Assembly (NCBI RefSeq): GCF_006345805.1
Contig: NC_043001.1
Coordinates: 127,534,001 to 127,598,000 of the forward strand
Direction: 5' to 3'
Length of the DNA stretch: 64,000 nucleotides
DNA from: Octopus sinensis
Lineage: Eukaryota
Shown here: positions 61,201-64,000 of the stretch, piece after piece
Numbering within the stretch: the stretch's first letter is position 1
Layout: the number at the start of each line of letters is the position of its first letter
Position numbers and translations under genes: made by a program
Notes under the pieces: generated by a model
Database searches by the model: none
What the model was told of the DNA's origin: nothing
Seen by the model: only the letters and a program-made list of their open reading frames with translations

Positions 61201-63425
61201 TATTCTCTCAGATGATTATAATCCAAAATTTATCTTCAAGCAAATAAATATATATATTCTTGAGTAGATTTAATTAATTTCCTACCATTTTAAAAACGAA
61301 GCCACACATGATACATATGTAATAGGCTTCATAAATATTTGCTGTCCCTGTGCCACACATATTCAAGTAAGGCTAATTACAATATTGGAACAAGAATAAA
61401 ATTATGTAAAACTTTAAAAAAGATAAAACTCACAGATTGGTTATGAATCCTGATGTCCTGCACAAGGACTGAAGGACGGGATCTGTGGGCATAAAGCTGT
61501 GATCCAACAGATACACATTCGCTTTCCTTTGAACAGACAAAAACATATAATTTTAGAGTAGTAAAAATTATGTAACACACAATATATGAATTAATGACAT
61601 TTTAAACAATGACAACAATCAAATTGTATTGTAAAGGAATCAGATTTCAATATAAAGGAGTTGAAATCTAAGTTAAAATACAGAGAACAAACCATACCTG
61701 GAATGTTAGAATTCATGTCCCCGAGTGGCTGTGTGGTAAGTAGCTTGTTTACCAACCACATGGTTCTGGGTTCAGTCCCACTGCATGGCACCTTGGGCAA
61801 GTGTCTTCTATTATAGCCTTGGGCCGACCAAAACCTTGTGAATGGATTTGGTAGATAGAAACTGAAAGAAGCCCGTCGTATGTATGTATATATATATATA
61901 TATGCGTGTTCGTGTGTCTGTGTTTGTGCCCCTAGCATTGCTTGACAACCGATGCTGGTGTGTTTATGTCCCCGTTACTTAGCAGTTCGGCAAAAGAGAC
62001 CGATAGAATAAGTACTGGGCTTACAAAAGAATAAGTCCCGGGGTCGAGTTGCTCGATTAAAGGCAGTGCTCCAGCATGGCCGCAGTCAAATGACTGAAAC
62101 TAATAAAAGAGTAAATGCATAAAAACTTATATTTGCAAATTGATTTTTACAGACACAGACCGCCATCATCATCTTCAGATTCTGGAGTGTTCCCATAATT
62201 ACCCTTTCACAACAGGATGGTTGCTTGTAACATTTGGCACCCCTCACTTGCAATGCTTTTACATTCTAACTATAAAACCTGTTTTGCCTACAACTATATG
62301 TTGGTTGTGAAGTCAGATATTTCTATTTCCAACATTAATAGTGAGAATAAATTTATTCCCAAAGCACAATGGAGTGAAAACTTTTTTTAATATTTCTCTT
62401 CGACATTTATATTTTTAAATTTTTTTCTAACTGAAATTCTCCAAATGATAAACATCAAAAACAAATGGTTTATTTGTTTCTGCAATCATCATTCTTACAC
62501 CATACAAGTCTCACTTGATGATTTGTTTTTTGGTTTAGTTTTTATAGTAAGATGTCTTTCCTAATACCAACCTATTTCTTTATTACCCACAAGGGGCTAA
62601 ACATAGAGGGGACAAACAAGGACAGACATAGGTATTAAGTCGATTACATCAACCCCCCCCCCCCGTGCCTAACTGGTGCTTAATTTATCAACCCCGAAAG
62701 GATGAAAGGCAAAGTCGACCTCGGCGGAATTTGAACTCACAACGTAACGGCAGACGAAATACCGCTAAGCATTTCGCCTGGCGTGCTAACGTTTCTGCCA
62801 GCTCACCGCCTAATACCAACCTGTTAGAGAGCACCAGGTGCATTTGATCATGGTTACCAACCACAAAGAGGTTGTCTTATTCTTGAGAACACTACTAAAG
62901 TTCCTCCTAAACCCACATTGTCCTTGCCCATTTGCCAATCATTTCATATAGTGTAGTGGGGCATTTTATCATAGCATGGCACCAGCACTAATTATGCTGC
63001 CTTTCCGTCCTGAAAGACAACAGAGTCCTAATTACTCTTATGACATACTCCTTCACTTAATGTGACATAACTAAGAGAGTAAATAGCAGATAGGATAAGG
63101 AAATAAAGTGAACTATAGTATGGTGATAGAAATAAAGTGATTAGAATGAGACAGTGGTCAAACCTGAAGTGAGATGGGTTTTGCCAAACCAAAATAGAAG
63201 ACTCAGCATGTCACAACAGTGTCCAGACAATTCCATCAGGAGTGGAAGGCTCAAGATACAAAGAGCAAAGGCCATAATAGGATCAATAGGAAAGGTAGAG
63301 AGAGGAGAGGAAAGAGATATAGTAAAGAAACAATTAATAAGGGAAAAAAAGACATAATGAACATACCTTCTTGAATGATTGAATCTGGTAAGCCAGGCCA
63401 GCTTTGATGTCAAGCACATGGGCTT
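35396..63425 (-). CDS. KIAA2013: KIAA2013-like (DUF2152 family) membrane protein gene, last 11 coding exons; 5' part outside window
   Basis: Exons 63367-63425, 61434-61526, 58043-58116, 55927-56058, 54053-54155, 51374-51442, 48883-49082, 45533-45645, 42873-43137, 37831-37955 and 35396-35583 join in frame (1421 nt) with GT-AG boundaries. The translation is collinear with recalled KIAA2013 motifs ([75 protein letters not shown]). Confidence 0.93.
37555..37754 (-). mobile_element. Family D copy, 5'-truncated (others: 37106-37340 -, 43368-43632 -, 49282-49356 +, 50972-51145 -, 51549-51849 +, 52445-52660 -, 59566-59829 +, 63504-63741 -)
   Basis: Shared 3' end CATCATCGTTTAACGTCCGCTTTCCATGC...GGATGCCCTTCCTAACGCCAACC. 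Confidence 0.85.
37831..37955 (-). CDS. KIAA2013: KIAA2013-like exon ([41 protein letters not shown])
   Basis: ttctctttttttcag|T; GAAG|gtgagt; matches recalled TQPITPLLYISTD. Confidence 0.93.
38232..38736 (+). mobile_element. Family D: RTE-type LINE 3' end with internal tandem units and (GAT)n tail
   Basis: GTTGGCGTTAGGAAGGGCATCCAGCTGTA motif; five GGCACGTAA-type units; tail AAACGATGATGAT. Confidence 0.8.
39806..40024. mobile_element. piggyBac-like MITE (family P1)
   Basis: TTAA TSD on both sides; CCCTTTAG...CTAAAGGG termini. Confidence 0.85.
40428..41020 (-). mobile_element. Family D copy, 4 units
   Basis: TACGT(G/A) at 40602, 40665, 40733, 40801. Confidence 0.8.
42873..43137 (-). CDS. 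KIAA2013: KIAA2013-like exon ([17 protein letters not shown]...[14 protein letters not shown])
   Basis: tgaaacag|GTGCT; TTAAG|gtaaga; strongly conserved motifs. Confidence 0.95.
44256..45512 (-). mobile_element. Full-length Tc1-family (DD34E) DNA transposon with pseudogenised transposase
   Basis: About 45-bp TIRs CACAGACATGCAGGAAGTAAATAGACACC; TA at right end; ATG 45364 ([20 protein letters not shown]); FSDESRF, FMEDG and [10 protein letters not shown] with 34 residues between D and E; several stops and frameshifts. Confidence 0.93.
45533..45645 (-). CDS. KIAA2013: KIAA2013-like exon ([37 protein letters not shown])
   Basis: ttctttag|T; TCTG|gtgagt; matches recalled WRLTLQKRGCKGLVKVG. Confidence 0.92.
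48347..48564. mobile_element. piggyBac-like MITE (P1, older)
   Basis: TTAA-CCCTT...CTAAAGGG-TTAC; aligns with 39806-40024 in opposite orientation. Confidence 0.75.
48883..49082 (-). CDS. KIAA2013: KIAA2013-like exon ([31 protein letters not shown]...[11 protein letters not shown])
   Basis: tgtctttcag|TTA; CT|gtaagt; conserved motifs. The ORF track shows the wrong frame here. Confidence 0.92.
49474..49847 (+). mobile_element. SINE family C, full length
   Basis: 10-bp TSD GATAGTTAAA (49464-49473, 49848-49857); A and B boxes; (GA)n tail. Confidence 0.9.
51374..51442 (-). CDS. KIAA2013: KIAA2013-like exon ([23 protein letters not shown])
   Basis: ttctatttag|GAA; AAG|gtaaga; resembles recalled EMLELL...LLQDHQLLWAQL; phase 0-0. 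Confidence 0.87.
54053..54155 (-). CDS. KIAA2013: KIAA2013-like exon ([34 protein letters not shown])
   Basis: ttattttgtccag|C; ACT|gtaagt; phase 2 to 0. Confidence 0.82.
54245..54480 (-). mobile_element. Same young LINE, shorter copy inserted in a SINE B copy
   Basis: Nearly identical to 14307-14540. Confidence 0.85.
55153..55186 (+). ncRNA. Hammerhead-like motif in a Penelope-like insert (55075-55229) inside the (TA)n of a SINE A
   Basis: ACUGU-CUGAUGA-ACG(GCAA)CGA-GAAAC-UC-AGAGU; helix III nearly absent. Confidence 0.5.
55927..56058 (-). CDS. KIAA2013: KIAA2013-like exon ([43 protein letters not shown])
   Basis: tttccctttctaatccttacag acceptor with branch-like ctaat; ATGAG|gtaagt; phase 2-2. 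Confidence 0.82.
56244..56462. mobile_element. piggyBac-like MITE (P1)
   Basis: TTAA TSDs at 56240-56243 and 56463-56466; CCCT/AGGG ends. Confidence 0.85.
56467..56686. mobile_element. piggyBac-like MITE (family P2)
   Basis: CCCTTTTGATACC...GGTAATGAAAGGG; TTAA on both sides. Confidence 0.8.
58043..58116 (-). CDS. KIAA2013: KIAA2013-like exon ([24 protein letters not shown]), phase 0 to 2
   Basis: ttcttcaaacag|CCT; GCGAG|gtaagt; phases fit both neighbours. Confidence 0.82.
58288..58936 (+). mobile_element. Family D copy, 5 units
   Basis: CACGTA-type motifs at 58488, 58555, 58623, 58691, 58754. Confidence 0.8.
59432..59885. mobile_element. piggyBac-like MITE (P2) with nested RTE 3'-UTR insertion
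   Basis: CCCTTTCGTTAC...GTAACGAAAGGG with TTAA TSDs; interrupted at 59566-59829. Confidence 0.8.
60090..61084. mobile_element. mariner-like MITE interrupted by the Helitron
   Basis: Degenerate TIRs GAGG..GGCTGAAAAGTT / AACTTTTCAG..CC..CTC next to TA; body aligns with 20437-20632. Confidence 0.7.
60166..60934 (-). mobile_element. Non-autonomous Helitron sharing its 5' ~190 bp with 7730-8100
   Basis: 5' TCTCTCTATATATAAA; 3' GGGCTATGCTGCTAG; A^T insertion confirmed by an uninterrupted paralog of the host at 20492/20493. Confidence 0.85.
61434..61526 (-). CDS. KIAA2013: KIAA2013-like exon ([31 protein letters not shown])
   Basis: ttgtctgttcaaag|GAA acceptor; TCT|gtgagt donor; matches recalled FLAHRGRPHVYLQRI motif. 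Confidence 0.9.
63367..63425 (-). CDS. KIAA2013: KIAA2013-like exon ([20 protein letters not shown]), phase 1 to 0
   Basis: Long polypyrimidine tract then cag|AAGCC; AAG|gtatgt donor; in frame with next exon. Confidence 0.8.
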
Positions 63426-64000
63426 CTGTCCAAGTGGGAAAAAGAAAAAAAGAAAAGAGCTTGTTAATGGCATAATGATCCTTTTAGGAAGTTAACAGAA
63501 AGCATCATCATCATCATCATCGTTTAACATCCGCTTTCCATGCTAGCATGGGTTGGACGGTTCGACCGGGGATCTGGGAAGCCAGAAGGCTGCACCAGGC
63601 TCCGGTCTTATCTGGCAATGTTTCTACAGCTGGATGCCCTTCCTAACGCCAATCACTCCGTGAGTGTAGTGGGTGCTTTTTACGTGCCACTTGCACTGGT
63701 GCCAGGCGAGGCTGGCATCGGCCACGGTCGGATTGGTGCATAGTTTCTAAGTAAAAGGAAATGTCTTGCCCAACTCTTGGCCATTCCTGAAGCATCAGCA
63801 ATGCATGAAAAATATCAATGTCTATGGTAAGAGATTTGAAACAATTCAAAGATTTAGCTGCCTAGCATGGCTTTTACTAAACCTCTAAAGTAGTGGCTAA
63901 TGCAAGAAATGAGGATGAGTGATGCCTATAGGTGAGAAGTTTTCGTAGGAGATTTGCATGCCAGATATGACCAAAAGTTTTCTGATGTGATAAGCAACAA

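Overview
Eukaryotic, repeat-dominated genomic DNA, most likely a coleoid cephalopod (Octopus-like). This is inferred from the recalled SINE/RTE repertoire and microsatellite load and was not database-checked. The right half (35396-63425, minus strand) holds the last 11 coding exons of a KIAA2013-like single-pass membrane protein gene. I reconstructed these by hand: all introns are GT-AG, all phases are compatible, and they give 1421 nt of open frame ending in TAA. The 5' exons lie beyond the window. The left ~34 kb shows no convincing host gene. It is a mosaic of tRNA-derived SINEs (working names A, B, C, E, F), Tx1/CR1/L2/RTE LINE relics, a Tc1 relic, non-autonomous Helitrons, Penelope-like fragments and microsatellites, with a 100-N gap at 22859-22958. 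Most unusual observations: (1) a tRNA-promoter-headed element carrying a minimal hammerhead ribozyme, plus four more hammerhead-like motifs; (2) high-identity inverted repeat pairs bracketing single KIAA2013 exons; (3) head-to-tail SINE multimers joined at a fixed microhomology, one internally inverted; (4) an RTE 3'-UTR with a variable-number TACGTG-bearing repeat seen only inside the gene; (5) a full-length Tc1 20 nt from a splice donor that supplies a cryptic acceptor. All identities quoted are by-eye estimates.
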